Below are positions 51,701 to 62,153 of a DNA stretch of 64,000 bases, in pieces (the stretch's first letter is position 1; the number at the start of each line of letters is the position of its first letter). The DNA is from Methylophilaceae bacterium (GTDB taxonomy: Bacteria > Pseudomonadota > Gammaproteobacteria > Burkholderiales > Methylophilaceae), in contig JBNLAC010000002.1 of assembly GCA_050301935.1 (NCBI GenBank), forward strand, positions 1,919-65,918, read 5' to 3'. A program made the translations under genes and the position numbers. The notes beneath the pieces were generated by a model, which saw nothing but the letters and a program-made list of their open reading frames with translations, was not told the DNA's origin and searched no databases.

Positions 51701-51933
51701 ATAATTTTCTCAATCACACGCCAATTGATTGGCTCAATATAGGTAGCATCAGCCATTTCTGGGTCAGTCATGATTGTTGCTGGATTAGAGTTAACCAGAA
51801 TAACGCGGTAGCCCTCTTCACGTAAAGCTTTACAAGCTTGTGCCCCAGAATAATCGAACTCGCATGCTTGTCCAATCACAATTGGACCAGCACCAATAAT
51901 TAATATTGATTTAATATCTGTACGCTTAGCCAT
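48730..51933 (-). CDS. carB: carbamoyl-phosphate synthase large subunit
   Basis: 1067 aa with duplicated ATP-grasp halves and an MGS-like C-terminal domain. Confidence 0.98.
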   Translation of the reverse strand: MAKRTDIKSILIIGAGPIVIGQACEFDYSGAQACKALREEGYRVILVNSNPATIMTDPEMADATYIEPINWRVIEKIIAKEKPDALLPTMGGQTALNCALDLDRHGVLKQYNVELIGASKEAIDKAEDRQKFKEAMDKIGLGSARSAIAHSMEEALQVQANIGFPAIIRPSFTMGGSGGGIAYNREEFVSICERGLEASPTNELLIEESMLGWKEYEMEVVRDSADNCIIICSIENLDPMGVHTGDSITVAPAQTLTDKEYQIMRNASLAVLREIGVDTGGSNVQFAINPEDGRMIVIEMNPRVSRSSALASKATGFPIAKVAAKLAVGYTLDELRNEITGGQTPASFEPSIDYVVTKIPRFAFEKFPQADSRLTTQMKSVGEVMAIGRNFQESFQKALRGLEVGVDGLDSLTKDMDVIVKELGEPRSERIWYVGDAFRMGMTISEVFNISKIDPWFLSQIEDIIQREKALEGKHIADLDKDALYQLKRAGFSDMRLAKLLDTDQHAVRAYRQALNVRPVYKRVDTCAAEFSTDTAYMYSTYDEQCESEPSDKKKIMVLGGGPNRIGQGIEFDYCCVHAAFAMREDGYETIMVNCNPETVSTDYDTSDRLYFEPVTLEDVLEIVHLEKPVGVIVQYGGQTPLKLARALEKAGVPIIGTTPDAIDCAEDRERFQQMLGELDLKQPPNRTARAPEEAIRLAEEIGYPLVVRPSYVLGGRAMEIVQEQSQLERYMREAVKVSNDSPVLLDRFLNDAVEVDVDAICDGEDVLIGGIMQHIEQAGVHSGDSACSLPPYSLSAALQDELRIQTIKMAKALGVKGLMNVQFAIQGETVYVLEVNPRASRTVPFVSKACGLPLAKIAARCMAGKSLHSQGVTKETVPPYYSVKEAVFPFIKFPGVDTILGPEMKSTGEVMGVGSTFAEAFVKSQLGASVKLPQGGKAFISVRNEDHQNVVDIAQDLAKLGFDLVATKGTARTLVDNGLTVQAVNKVAEGRPHVVDMIKNNEIDFIVNVTEDKKAVADSYEIRRSALQNKVTYYTTLAGAKAACIGMAYMQELHVESIQDLHKRLA

Positions 51934-53081
51934 TAGCCAGCCTTCCTTTCTTGCATCAAGCTAATGAAGCGATCAAACAAATAACTCATTTCTGTCGGCC
52001 CCGGACTAGCCTCAGGATGGCCTTGAAAACTAAATGCGGGCTTGTCTTGCAACGCAATACCTTGCAAGCTACCATCAAACAATGAGACGTGAGTTGTTTT
52101 AACATTTGATGGAAGGCTTTGTTGATCTACCGCAAAACCATGATTCTGACTTGTAATATAAACACGTTTATTCTCTATATCTTGCACAGGGTGATTAGCA
52201 CCATGATGCCCAAATTTCATTTTTATTGTTTTAGCACCAGTTGCAAGTGCTAGCAGTTGATGCCCTAAACAAATCCCGAACATTGGTATATCGGTCTCAA
52301 GCAATGCCTTAATTGCCTTAATTGCATAATCACATGGCTCTGGATCGCCTGGCCCATTCGATAAAAAGATACCGTCTGGTTTATGTTTAAGCACCTCTTC
52401 GGCTGTCGTTTGTGCTGGCACAACTGTTACTTTGCAGCCCCGGCTAACCAGCATACGCAGAATATTGCGCTTCACGCCATAATCAAAGGCAACCACATGG
52501 TATTGCTTTTCTTCTGGTGCAACAAAACCTTTGCCTAACACCCACTCCCCTTCGGTGTATTCGAATTCAGTTTTACAGGTCACGACTTTTGCCAAATCCA
52601 TACCAGCTAGTCCAGGAAACTGTTTTGCTAAACCTAAGGCTTGATCAGCATCTTCCCCGACAAGAATGCAGCCTGCTTGTGCACCTTTCTCTCGTAATGT
52701 ACGCGTTAATTTACGTGTATCAATATCTGCTATTGCAACTACATTATTTGCAACCAAATAATCAGAGAGTGACTGTTCACTACGGAAATTGCTTGCCAAC
52801 AAAGGCAAATCCCTAATAACCAAACCTGCTGCACACACTTGATTTGATTCGACGTCTTCGCCGTTAGTACCGACGTTACCGATATGAGGGTAAGTAAGTG
52901 TAACAATCTGCTCAGTGTATGAAGGATCAGTAAGTATTTCTTGGTATCCAGTCATTGACGTATTAAAAACGACTTCACCAACACTATGTCCAGCAGCACC
53001 AATTGAAGTGCCGCGAAACACTGTTCCATCTGCTAACACTAATATTGCTTGTGTTTTCTCTACAGGGCGTGTTTGAGACAA
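51933..53081 (-). CDS. carA: carbamoyl-phosphate synthase small (glutaminase) subunit
   Basis: Has GICLGHQ (catalytic Cys) and the HP.E triad. The TTG at 53081 lies 6 nt after AAGGAG and gives [19 protein letters not shown], matching the usual CarA N-terminus. The GTG 53135 start in the ORF track adds 18 residues. Confidence 0.93.
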   Translation of the reverse strand: MSQTRPVEKTQAILVLADGTVFRGTSIGAAGHSVGEVVFNTSMTGYQEILTDPSYTEQIVTLTYPHIGNVGTNGEDVESNQVCAAGLVIRDLPLLASNFRSEQSLSDYLVANNVVAIADIDTRKLTRTLREKGAQAGCILVGEDADQALGLAKQFPGLAGMDLAKVVTCKTEFEYTEGEWVLGKGFVAPEEKQYHVVAFDYGVKRNILRMLVSRGCKVTVVPAQTTAEEVLKHKPDGIFLSNGPGDPEPCDYAIKAIKALLETDIPMFGICLGHQLLALATGAKTIKMKFGHHGANHPVQDIENKRVYITSQNHGFAVDQQSLPSNVKTTHVSLFDGSLQGIALQDKPAFSFQGHPEASPGPTEMSYLFDRFISLMQERKAG

Positions 53082-53165
53082 TTCGGGCTCCTTAATATCG
53101 TTGTTACATTGCGTTTTGTGCGCACGTTGCAGCACTTAATAACCAGTGCAGGTGCTAGACATGCA

Positions 53166-53196
53166 AAACGGGAAAAGTGATGTACTCTTCCCGTTT
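53166..53196 (-). terminator. hairpin between the DUF2238 gene and carA (weak terminator or leader structure)
   Basis: 9-bp stem AAACGGGAA/TTCCCGTTT with a 13-nt loop, and only a short U-tract after it on the minus strand. Confidence 0.4.
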
Positions 53197-53221
53197 CAAG
53201 AATTGACGAATTATAGCGGAA

Positions 53222-53851
53222 CTAGACTGTTCTATCAAGCTCAGCTAACTGCTGATTATGCCAACTTTTAAGAAATAATTGAGCGCATATTGCGCCGATT
53301 AAAGCAACGAACATATCCCATTGCGTATCCCAAACATCGCCTTGCGTCCCCAAAAAGTCTATCGCTGCGCCACCTGCGATAACAGCTACCCACCACTCAA
53401 TAAATTCGTAACAAGCACTGATACTTAGACAGATACAACATACAATAAAAAACTGCCAGCCGTCTTTGACAACATGTTTGCGACATAGTATTTCACGTGC
53501 AATGATTGCTGGAACAAAGCCTTGAAAAAAATGACCAACACGATCATAGTAGTTACGGTCTAAACTATAGGTGTCGCGGAGCCAATTAAATAAAGGAACT
53601 TCAGCATAAGTATAATGCCCACCAATCATAAGAATGACGGCATGTAATAAAATCAAACCATACAGCAAATGTGTTAATGGAAAAACTTTATATGTCATGA
53701 CCAGAATGGGTAACGCTAACACAGCAGGTAGCACTTCCAAAAACCAGGTCATTCGGTCATATGGGTTGATTGCAGACCAAGCAAATACAACCATAAATAT
53801 GAAAAGCAGAAAAAGGTAAAAACGAACTGGCTGCTTAATAGAAGAGTTCAA
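53222..53851 (-). CDS. DUF2238 (YjdF-like) inner-membrane protein
   Basis: Polytopic. RNYYDRVGHFFQGFVPA resembles the YjdF-family core as I recall it. Confidence 0.6.
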   Translation of the reverse strand: MNSSIKQPVRFYLFLLFIFMVVFAWSAINPYDRMTWFLEVLPAVLALPILVMTYKVFPLTHLLYGLILLHAVILMIGGHYTYAEVPLFNWLRDTYSLDRNYYDRVGHFFQGFVPAIIAREILCRKHVVKDGWQFFIVCCICLSISACYEFIEWWVAVIAGGAAIDFLGTQGDVWDTQWDMFVALIGAICAQLFLKSWHNQQLAELDRTV

Positions 53852-53866
53852 TTATCTTATCGCGTA

Positions 53867-54676
53867 TTAACTTGCTTTAAATCCTAACACATCACGCATG
53901 TCATATAACCCTGTGGACTTTTGTGATAAGAACTTTGCTGCTCTTAACGCGCCCAGTGCAAACGTTGCACGACTACTCGCTTTATGCGTGATCTCAACAC
54001 GCTCACCAGTGCCAGCATAAATTACTGTATGGTCTCCGACAACGTCTCCGCCACGCAAAGTGGCAAAGCCTATTTTGCCTGCCTCTCTCTCCCCAGTAAC
54101 CCCTTCACGCGTATAGATGGCACAATCTTTCAAATCTTTGCCAAGCCCTTGCGCAGCAGCTTCGCCTAAGCGCAAGGCCGTACCTGAAGGTGCATCTACT
54201 TTATGTCGATGATGCATTTCTACCACTTCAATATCATAGCCTTCTTTTAGCACTTTAGCCGCTTGCTCTACCAAATTAATGAGCAAAGTAACACCAACAC
54301 TCATATTCGGTGCAAACACAATCGGCACTATTTTGGCAGCTTCTTCTATTTGCAGTTTTTCTTGTTCTGTGAAGCCTGTTGTACCAATCACCATTTTTAC
54401 ACCAGCCTGTTGGCAAGCGCTTAGATACTGCATGGCAGCCTCTGGTCGAGTAAAGTCGATGAGTACATCTGCATTTTGCAGTGCAGCATCAAGGTCATAG
54501 GTTACTTCCACGCCTGACTGTATACCAAACTGCGCACCAGCGTCTTGACCAATCATATTGCTACCTTCACGATCAATAGCAGCATGCAGTGTAAGCGCAT
54601 CATCGGCAAATACACCCTCTAGCAACGCCAAGCCCATACGCCCGGAAACCCCTGTAATCACGACTTTTGTTTTCAT
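53867..54676 (-). CDS. dapB: 4-hydroxy-tetrahydrodipicolinate reductase
   Basis: Has the Rossmann motif VVITGVSGRMG and E.HH..K.DAPSGTA. Confidence 0.96.
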   Translation of the reverse strand: MKTKVVITGVSGRMGLALLEGVFADDALTLHAAIDREGSNMIGQDAGAQFGIQSGVEVTYDLDAALQNADVLIDFTRPEAAMQYLSACQQAGVKMVIGTTGFTEQEKLQIEEAAKIVPIVFAPNMSVGVTLLINLVEQAAKVLKEGYDIEVVEMHHRHKVDAPSGTALRLGEAAAQGLGKDLKDCAIYTREGVTGEREAGKIGFATLRGGDVVGDHTVIYAGTGERVEITHKASSRATFALGALRAAKFLSQKSTGLYDMRDVLGFKAS

Positions 54677-54695
54677 TACTTTTGCTCTTTAACGT

Positions 54696-55697
54696 TTAGA
54701 ACCCTATTTTTTCTAGCATGCGCTCAAAGAAATCGGGTTGCTCTTCGATTACATCCTCATTGCTTTCTTTAAGCTCTTGGACAACACTTTTATCCGTTTC
54801 AGCTTCAATTTGTTCTGGTTGTTCTTCTTGCATCCTAGAAGTATCTAATTGATTATCCATGATAAATACTTTTGTTTTACCAGCTCCTGTATTTCTAGGC
54901 TTTGGTTGCTCTTTCACTGGCAGCGTATCGCTATTTACACTATCAGCAACTGGTGGCTCCAATGCTGGTTTACTTTGTTCAGCAGATTCTTGCACCTTAG
55001 TAGATGTAGTTTCATCCGTTACCGCTTCTGGTGAAGGCTCTACTGTTTCTGATCCAGATGTTAGTTCTGCAGATCCTTCTGGCTGTGCTGTCACAGGCGG
55101 AACTACTGGCACAGGTACAGCCAGTATGGAAGCAGGCGACTCACCTTCATCAGCAGAGGAAGGTTTGTCAGCATCAGGGGGCACTTCTGTATCAGCATCA
55201 GACGGTCTTACTTGTGCCGGGTCAACTGCTTCAATATCAGGTTTTTCGATAGGCTCAATCACTGGTGCTTTAGGGTCAACAGCCTCAGTTTTCGTATCCT
55301 CCGGCGTTGCTTTCGCCTTAGCTTCGGCTTCCAATTGCTTTTTGACATCCTCTGCTGTCTGACCTTTTGGCACCACATCACCTCTAACGCGCACCAGCAA
55401 ATCGTTCTCAAAGTCCAGAATAACTCGCCTTTGATTAACGATTTCACCCTGTTTACGCAGCTGATAAAAGTAGTCCCATCGATTGGAGTGAAAACTATCA
55501 ACCAATAACGGTGTACCCAAAATAAACCTTACTTGAGATTTAGTCATGCCTGGACGCAACTTAAGCAACATTTCTGATGTAAGGACATTGCCTTGTTGAA
55601 TATCCATCTTGTAGGGCTTAATTGTGGGAATGGCGGCGCCACATCCAAGTAAACTGATTGTTACAATTAATGTAAACAATCTTAAAAAAATATGCAT
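54696..55697 (-). CDS. bamE: outer-membrane assembly lipoprotein BamE (SmpA/OmlA) with a roughly 220-aa acidic low-complexity C-terminal extension
   Basis: Has the lipobox LLGC and the BamE core QQGNVLT...LRPGMTKSQVRFILGTP...RWDY. A P/E/A/T/S/D-rich tail follows, ending DFFERMLEKIGF. Confidence 0.85.
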   Translation of the reverse strand: MHIFLRLFTLIVTISLLGCGAAIPTIKPYKMDIQQGNVLTSEMLLKLRPGMTKSQVRFILGTPLLVDSFHSNRWDYFYQLRKQGEIVNQRRVILDFENDLLVRVRGDVVPKGQTAEDVKKQLEAEAKAKATPEDTKTEAVDPKAPVIEPIEKPDIEAVDPAQVRPSDADTEVPPDADKPSSADEGESPASILAVPVPVVPPVTAQPEGSAELTSGSETVEPSPEAVTDETTSTKVQESAEQSKPALEPPVADSVNSDTLPVKEQPKPRNTGAGKTKVFIMDNQLDTSRMQEEQPEQIEAETDKSVVQELKESNEDVIEEQPDFFERMLEKIGF

Positions 55698-55798
55698 AGT
55701 GTTGTATGTAAGGAAGACATCGATATGAATTGGCGTTAATATACCACGATGGCGAAGCGCCTTAAACTAAAAAGTGGAAGAAAAGTAAGTGAGGAACT

Positions 55799-56209
55799 AT
55801 GCACGATCAAAAAGATTTAAAGAATGCCGGATTGAAAGCAACGCTGCCTAGATTGAAAATTTTAGAGTTGTTTGAAAAAAGTGATGAGCGACACTTATCG
55901 GCCGAGGATGTTTACAAAGTATTACTGAACGCAGGAGACGATGTCGGTCTTGCCACAGTATACCGTGTATTGACTCAATTTGAAGATGCCGGTTTACTTG
56001 TTCGCCACCACTTTGAAAGTGGCAAAGCTGTTTTTGAACTTAATGAAGGTGAACATCATGACCACATAGTCTGCGTGAAATGCGGTCGCGTGGAAGAGTT
56101 TTATGATGAAGAGATTGAACGCAGGCAAAAAGAAGCGGCTGAATCTCGTGGCTTTAAAATGCAAGAGCACTCATTAATGATTTATGGCATCTGTGAAAAA
56201 TGTAATTAG
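55799..56209 (+). CDS. fur: ferric uptake regulator
   Basis: Has ATVYRVL, HHDH..C..CG and C..C motifs. It is divergent from bamE, as is usual in Betaproteobacteria. Confidence 0.95.
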   Translation: MHDQKDLKNAGLKATLPRLKILELFEKSDERHLSAEDVYKVLLNAGDDVGLATVYRVLTQFEDAGLLVRHHFESGKAVFELNEGEHHDHIVCVKCGRVEEFYDEEIERRQKEAAESRGFKMQEHSLMIYGICEKCN

Positions 56210-56243
56210 CATTTTCATTCATTAAAGTAACAAGGAAGCCTTT

Positions 56244-57824
56244 GTGTCAGATTTATTAATTTACAGGCCAGCAATTATTCGTTTTGCATTAGCCATCACA
56301 CTTGCCCTATTTATAACAGGGTGTGGTACAAACCCTGTGACAAAAAAAACAGAGTTTCAATTTGTATCGCAGGATAAAGAAATCGCTATCGGTGAGCAAA
56401 ATTATTCACCAGCACGCCAATCCCAAGGTGGGGACTATGATATTGATCCCAATCTTAGTGCTTACGTACAGGAAGTTGGCAATCGATTGGCTGCTGTTTC
56501 CGATAGGCCAGACCTTCCCTATGAGTTTGTCGTCATCAATGACTCAGTGCCCAATGCATGGGCAATGCCTGGTGGCAAAATAGCATTTAATAGAGGCTTA
56601 CTATATGAGCTAAATAGCGAGGCGGAGCTAGCTGCCGTGATGGGTCATGAAATCGTACATGCAGCTGCTAGACATGGTGCAAAGAGCATGGAGCGCGGTA
56701 TCTTATTGCAAGCGGGCATGATTGCTGTCGGTATTGGCGCACAAAATTCTGACTATGGAAATCTTATCGTAGGTAGTTCGCAGTTAGGTGCGCAATTAAT
56801 ATCCAGTAAATATGGCCGTGATGCCGAGAGCGAGTCTGACTATTACGGTATGCTCTATATGAAAAAAGCTGGTTATGACCCCGCTGCTGCTGTCACGCTA
56901 CAAGAAACTTTCGTGCGTTTGAGTGAAGGCAAAAAAAGTGACTTCATTTCTGGTCTATTTGCAAGTCACCCACCTTCACCTGAGCGCGTTGCGGCTAATA
57001 AGGCGACGCTAGCTAAAGTTGGAGCTGGCGGTGAGTTAGGTAAAGAAAACTATGCTAAGAAAACCAATCGCTTAAGAGCAACCCAAGGCGCCTATGAAGC
57101 CTATGACAAAGCAGTTGCGGCATTAAAGAAAAACGACACTGAAACAGCTTCAACGCTTGCTAAAAAAGCAATCGCGATAGAACCACGCGAAGCACGCTTT
57201 CAAGAACTGCTTGGCGATATAGCACTGACTAAAGAAAAACCAGAAACAGCGCTTAATTACTACGCAAAAGCAATCAAAATGCAGCCAGACTACTTTAAGC
57301 CGCATATACAAAGTGGCATTGCGCTCTTTAATTTGGGCAAGAAAAAAGAAGCTGAGCCATATTTAAAACGTGCTAATGAATTACTCCCAACAGCGCCAGG
57401 ACATGCATTGCTCGGCCAGATTGCTGAAGAGCGTGGCGACACAAACCTTGCACTACAACATTATCAAGTAGCGGCCAGCTCTAACTCGCCTATTGGCAAA
57501 GAAGCCTCGGCACGGATGATGCGTCTAGATTTTCCTAAAAATCCCGGTAAATATTTACGGTCAGGCGTACTTGCTGATAACAATGGTAATCTATATGCAG
57601 TTGTAGAAAACAATGCGGCATTAGCGATAGAGGGTGTTCAAGTTAGGGTTGTGCAATACAATCCTCAGACAGGTCGTGCAATTTCACAAAGTCGTCCATT
57701 ATTAATTAGAGGAACGATTGAATCTGGTAAGCGTGGTCAAGTAGGTGTTGGTGTAAGAATCAACGACCCACAAGAAGCAAGATTTTACAAAGTCGCTGTT
57801 GAATCTGCAAAACTGGTAGATTAA
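56244..57824 (+). CDS. M48-family zinc metalloprotease lipoprotein with TPR domain
   Basis: GTG start with AAGGAAG upstream. Has the lipobox ITGC, HEIVH (HExxH), and TPR-like repeats in the C-half. Confidence 0.8.
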   Translation: MSDLLIYRPAIIRFALAITLALFITGCGTNPVTKKTEFQFVSQDKEIAIGEQNYSPARQSQGGDYDIDPNLSAYVQEVGNRLAAVSDRPDLPYEFVVINDSVPNAWAMPGGKIAFNRGLLYELNSEAELAAVMGHEIVHAAARHGAKSMERGILLQAGMIAVGIGAQNSDYGNLIVGSSQLGAQLISSKYGRDAESESDYYGMLYMKKAGYDPAAAVTLQETFVRLSEGKKSDFISGLFASHPPSPERVAANKATLAKVGAGGELGKENYAKKTNRLRATQGAYEAYDKAVAALKKNDTETASTLAKKAIAIEPREARFQELLGDIALTKEKPETALNYYAKAIKMQPDYFKPHIQSGIALFNLGKKKEAEPYLKRANELLPTAPGHALLGQIAEERGDTNLALQHYQVAASSNSPIGKEASARMMRLDFPKNPGKYLRSGVLADNNGNLYAVVENNAALAIEGVQVRVVQYNPQTGRAISQSRPLLIRGTIESGKRGQVGVGVRINDPQEARFYKVAVESAKLVD

Positions 57825-57867
57825 TAAATAAATACTTAGGCTCAATGCCAATAAACTAGGGGGCGTG

Positions 57868-58344
57868 ATGAAGATTTTAAACTTTATTATATTGATTGTA
57901 TTTGCTGGACTGATTATTTTTGCTGTCTCAAACTGGCATGCGATTATTACCCCTATCCCCTTATCACTAGTCTTTACGGAAGCAAATGCGCCACTTGGGC
58001 TGATTTTGTTGACGATTACGGGCTTACTTGCTCTGCTCTTTCTGGGTTTTGTCGTATACATGCAGTCATCTACACTTATGCTTAGAAAGCGGCTCAACAA
58101 AGAATTGGAAGCACAGCGCAAATTGGCAGACGAAGCAGAGGCTTCTCGTATTACAGAATTAAAAAACTATTTACAAGCTGAGTTACAGCAACTATCAAAT
58201 CAGAATGCTGATATCCATCAAAAAACTACGGACAAGATTACCAATCTGGAAACTACACTTAAAGCTGTAATGGAAGAGACAGGTTCGACACTAACAGCCT
58301 ATATCGGTGAGGTCGAAGATAAACTTGAAAAGAAATTAGGCTAA
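57868..58344 (+). CDS. LapA-domain (DUF1049-like) membrane protein with coiled-coil tail
   Basis: Two N-terminal TM helices are followed by LRKRL...-type amphipathic coiled coil. AGGGGG lies upstream. Confidence 0.55.
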   Translation: MKILNFIILIVFAGLIIFAVSNWHAIITPIPLSLVFTEANAPLGLILLTITGLLALLFLGFVVYMQSSTLMLRKRLNKELEAQRKLADEAEASRITELKNYLQAELQQLSNQNADIHQKTTDKITNLETTLKAVMEETGSTLTAYIGEVEDKLEKKLG

Positions 58345-58381
58345 ATAAATTCATCCTTGATGGCACTTCAATGAGGCTGGC

Positions 58382-60037
58382 CTAATTAGTCAAACCCAGC
58401 ATCTCTTTTGCATGACGACGGGTTGCTTCTGAAATATCCAAACCACCTGACATTCTCGCAATTTCCTCAACACGATCGGGTTCGCTCAGCAATCTAATAT
58501 GGCTGATTGTAGCCCCATTCTCCTGCGTCTTAGTCACTTGTAAGTGCTGCGCGGCTTGTGCAGCAACTTGCGCTAAGTGGGTAATGACTAATACTTGACG
58601 GTTTTGACCAAGCTGCTTGAGGAGTTTTCCAACGACTTCAGCGACACCGCCGCCAATACCGACGTCAACCTCATCAAAGATCATACAAGGTACACTACCT
58701 TGAGCAGCAGTCGTGACATGTAGTGCTAGACTGATACGTGATAACTCACCACCCGATGCCACCTTATTTAAAGGGCGTGGTTCAACACCAGCATGTCCAG
58801 CCACCATAAATCCAACTTGCTCCAATCCATATGCAGATGGCTCGCAAGCCTCCAATGCTACACTAAACTGCCCCCCACTTAGCGACAAGCGCTGCATTTC
58901 ATCAGTAATTTTACTACTTAAGATTTTAGCTGACTGATGACGAGCGTCACTAAGTAGCTTAGCGGATTGCATATACGCCTCAAAAGCACTTTTCACTGAT
59001 TTGGCTAAAGCACCATCGTTACCAAAGCTTTCAAGTTGAATCATTCTCTCCTGAGATGATTGTAATAAATCTGATAAGTCTTCAGGCCGTATACGATATT
59101 TCCGCGAGATGCTATGAACCAACTGTATGCGGGACTCAACTTCTAGCAGCCTTTCAGGCTCCATATCGCCATGCTGAAGATAACGTTTAAGGCTTCGCGC
59201 AGCCTCTTGCAGTTGTATAACAGTGGAATCAATGATTTCAGCTGCTTCTTTTAAGTCACTATCTAACTCAACCAAACCCGTCAGTTTCTGCTGTATATGG
59301 ATTAGCATGGATTGCGCATCAGGCTCACCTTCACTAGCTAATTGCAAGCAGGCTTCTACTCCAGCAATAAGTTCTGCATAATTACTTAGACGACTGTGCT
59401 CCTGTTGTAGCTCAAGCCACTCCTCCATCACAAAGTTCAATTGCGTCAGTTCGCGTACTTGATCACGCAATTCAGCTAGTTCGTCAGCATATGCTTGTGC
59501 GTTTTTCTCAATTTCCAATTGCTGGAGATGTAACTTGTGCCATGACCTGTAGAGCACAGCAACTTGTTTAGCCAGTCCATCGCTACCAGAAAACTCATCC
59601 AATATTTGCCTTTGTGTATCAATACTCAGCAGAGAGTGATGCGCATTCTGACTATAAATATCGACGAGAAATACACCTAATTCACGCAACTGTCCAACCG
59701 TCGCTGCTGCTCCATTAATAAAACCGCGGCTACGACCATCACTATAGATCACACGTCGCAAAATGAGACCATCAACAGCATCTATTTCATTTTCAGCTAG
59801 CCAAGCCTGCGCATCTTTATTTTGGTGCACATCGACTGTCAAGCTAATATCAGCTTTATCACAACCTTTTCTCACTACATCGCCATCGTTGCGAGCACCC
59901 AAAGCAAGTGAAAGTGCGTCGATTAAAATGGATTTTCCAGCGCCGGTTTCACCCGTGAGCGTGGTAAAGCCTTGGCTAAACTCCAAATTCAGCTGTGCAA
60001 CAATTACAAAATTTTGGATGGATAATGCTTGTAACAT
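58382..60037 (-). CDS. recN: DNA repair protein RecN
   Basis: SMC-like, with Walker A GETGAGKS, a long coiled coil, ASGGELSR and FDEVD. Confidence 0.96.
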   Translation of the reverse strand: MLQALSIQNFVIVAQLNLEFSQGFTTLTGETGAGKSILIDALSLALGARNDGDVVRKGCDKADISLTVDVHQNKDAQAWLAENEIDAVDGLILRRVIYSDGRSRGFINGAAATVGQLRELGVFLVDIYSQNAHHSLLSIDTQRQILDEFSGSDGLAKQVAVLYRSWHKLHLQQLEIEKNAQAYADELAELRDQVRELTQLNFVMEEWLELQQEHSRLSNYAELIAGVEACLQLASEGEPDAQSMLIHIQQKLTGLVELDSDLKEAAEIIDSTVIQLQEAARSLKRYLQHGDMEPERLLEVESRIQLVHSISRKYRIRPEDLSDLLQSSQERMIQLESFGNDGALAKSVKSAFEAYMQSAKLLSDARHQSAKILSSKITDEMQRLSLSGGQFSVALEACEPSAYGLEQVGFMVAGHAGVEPRPLNKVASGGELSRISLALHVTTAAQGSVPCMIFDEVDVGIGGGVAEVVGKLLKQLGQNRQVLVITHLAQVAAQAAQHLQVTKTQENGATISHIRLLSEPDRVEEIARMSGGLDISEATRRHAKEMLGLTN

Positions 60038-60169
60038 AAATTAATTGTTCAATTCTTCAGTTGCTCTATTTTGAGTCACCATTCAACATTTAGCGCTTAC
60101 TACTAAGACAAGGGAACCAATTATAGTAAAGAAACAATGCCTTAATTATGAGTAATAAGTACAGGATAA

Positions 60170-61039
60170 CTAGCCCCAATGGAGTTTATTACGCAACATA
60201 TCATAATAACAATAACCGCTTGGATGTAACAAAGTCACCGCCTCATTTGCGCGTTCAACTTTGACATAATCACCTAGTTTTAAAGCCAGTTGATACTGCC
60301 CATCAAAACTAATTTGAGCGTCATCTACTTGCATCAAAGTCACTTGTATTTTTGAGTCGCTGTTGACAGCAAACGGCCGATTGCTGAGTGTATGTGGACA
60401 TATGGGCACTAATGCGATGGCATCCAGCGCCGGGTGTAAAATGGGGCCTCCAGCTGATAAAGAGTATGCTGTAGTGCCAGTTGGCGTGCTAACAATCAGT
60501 CCATCTGAGCGTTGTTTATGTACGAAATTTCCATCAATTACGACCTCTAGCTCAATTAACCGCAAACCACTTTTAATGACTATATCATTGAAGGCATGGT
60601 TTTCGAGAATTACTTTGTCATTTCGATAAACGCTGGCACTCAGCATCATCCTATCTTCTTTTTGATAGCTTCCTGCCAATATTGCATCAATCGACTGAAG
60701 CATTTCCTCAGCGCGCAAATCCGTCAAAAAACCAAAACGTCCACGGTTGATACCAACTAGTGGAATATCACTACTTATCAGTGCGCGAGCAACACTCAAC
60801 ATCGTACCATCACCACCCATCACAATGGCCAGCTCAACATTGCCATTCAGCTGATCAAGCGCCACAGTTTCATAAGTGTCAATGCCTGCATATTGTGCTG
60901 TATCAGATTCAAACAGCACCTTAATACCTTTAGCGTGTAGATGATGCGCCAAATCAGCCAAATCATTTTGCATGTGCTCTACTGCAGCCTTTTGCATAAA
61001 TTTGCCAATAATGACGATACGATTGAATTCTTTTTGCAT
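60170..61039 (-). CDS. nadK: NAD kinase
   Basis: Has the GGDGTML motif and the NE/D..TPTGSTAY-type region STPTGTTAYSLSAGGP. Confidence 0.95.
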   Translation of the reverse strand: MQKEFNRIVIIGKFMQKAAVEHMQNDLADLAHHLHAKGIKVLFESDTAQYAGIDTYETVALDQLNGNVELAIVMGGDGTMLSVARALISSDIPLVGINRGRFGFLTDLRAEEMLQSIDAILAGSYQKEDRMMLSASVYRNDKVILENHAFNDIVIKSGLRLIELEVVIDGNFVHKQRSDGLIVSTPTGTTAYSLSAGGPILHPALDAIALVPICPHTLSNRPFAVNSDSKIQVTLMQVDDAQISFDGQYQLALKLGDYVKVERANEAVTLLHPSGYCYYDMLRNKLHWG

Positions 61040-61127
61040 GACAGAATTTAATCACAGATAAGCATTTACAACTAGTGGCAACTATGTACTAAATAAGGCA
61101 AAATATTATCTTACTGCGATTAAGTGA

Positions 61128-62147
61128 ATGAATAATTTGGACGAACGTGCACAAATACTATTAAAAACATTAGTTGAACATTACATTAGTGATGGTCATC
61201 CTTTGGGTTCAAATGCACTTTTACAGTATTCTGGCTTAAGCCTAAGCTCAGCCACAATTCGCAATATCATGAGTGACCTTGAAGCTAAAGGTTTTGTCAG
61301 CAGCCCACACACATCAGCAGGACGGATCCCTACGCAACAAGGCTATCGCTTTTTTGTTGACTCATTACTAAGCGTCCAACCATTAGAAAGTCAGCAAATC
61401 AAACAACTAGAAAGCACGTTAAAATCATCTGACCATCAGGCTTTAATATCGACTGCGGCAGATATGCTTTCAAACTTAACGCAATTTGCTGGGATGATAC
61501 TGGTGCCCAAGCGCAAAGCAATGATTTTTAAACATTTGGAGTTCATTCCATTATCCGAAAAAAGAATACTCGTTGTTATTGTGGCAACAGATGGCAGCGT
61601 CCAAAACCGTATTATATTGAGTGATAAACCTTACACATCATCTGAGCTAACAAAAGCTAGCAACTATTTCAATACACATTACGCAGGTCAAACAATAGAT
61701 GAAGCACGACAAAAGATTCACCATGACCTAAAAAAAATGCAAGCTGATATCAGCAAGCTGATGGCTGCCGCGCTTAACACAAATGAACAAGATAAGAATA
61801 AAGATGGTGTCATTATTGCTGGAGAGCGTAATCTACTAAACATTGATGAACTAACCAGCAATGTTGCCAAGCTGCGAAAACTATTTGACGCATTTGAACA
61901 ACGCACATCTTTAATGCAACTACTTGATATTAGCCAAAAAGCCGATGGGGTTCAGATTTTTATTGGCGGTGAAAGCGGCTACAGTTCGCTGGATGAATGC
62001 AGCATGGTCACCTCTCCATATGAAGTTGACGGTCAAGTTGTCGGTACGCTGGGTGTAATAGGTCCAACTCGCATGGCTTACGAACGCATCATTCCCATCG
62101 TTGATATTACAGCCAAACTGCTATCTAACGCGCTTTCAAATAAATAA
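61128..62147 (+). CDS. hrcA: heat-inducible transcription repressor HrcA
   Basis: ER...LL..LV..YI..G.P.GS..L and LS.ATIRN.M.DLE..G signatures. Confidence 0.95.
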   Translation: MNNLDERAQILLKTLVEHYISDGHPLGSNALLQYSGLSLSSATIRNIMSDLEAKGFVSSPHTSAGRIPTQQGYRFFVDSLLSVQPLESQQIKQLESTLKSSDHQALISTAADMLSNLTQFAGMILVPKRKAMIFKHLEFIPLSEKRILVVIVATDGSVQNRIILSDKPYTSSELTKASNYFNTHYAGQTIDEARQKIHHDLKKMQADISKLMAAALNTNEQDKNKDGVIIAGERNLLNIDELTSNVAKLRKLFDAFEQRTSLMQLLDISQKADGVQIFIGGESGYSSLDECSMVTSPYEVDGQVVGTLGVIGPTRMAYERIIPIVDITAKLLSNALSNK

Positions 62148-62153
62148 TCTGTC

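Noticed and set aside
54849-55508. Several long plus-strand ORFs (for example 54859-55362, 167 aa; 55212-55508) opposite bamE
   Set aside because: They are antisense shadows of the low-complexity P/E/A/T-rich BamE tail. Their products are S/G/T/A-rich low-complexity sequence with no start-site support, and they fully overlap a well-supported gene.
60045-60060. CTGAAGAATTGAACAA on the minus strand just upstream of recN, resembling a LexA box (CTGT-N8-ACAG)
   Set aside because: It has mismatches in both conserved arms (CTGA, ACAA). It sits only 8-23 nt from the ATG, where the ribosome-binding site should be. This is not convincing without a PWM scan or LexA binding data.
61040-61127. Looked for a CIRCE element (TTAGCACTC-N9-GAGTGCTAA) upstream of hrcA, and for a Fur box in 55698-55798
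   Set aside because: No acceptable match was seen in either intergenic region.
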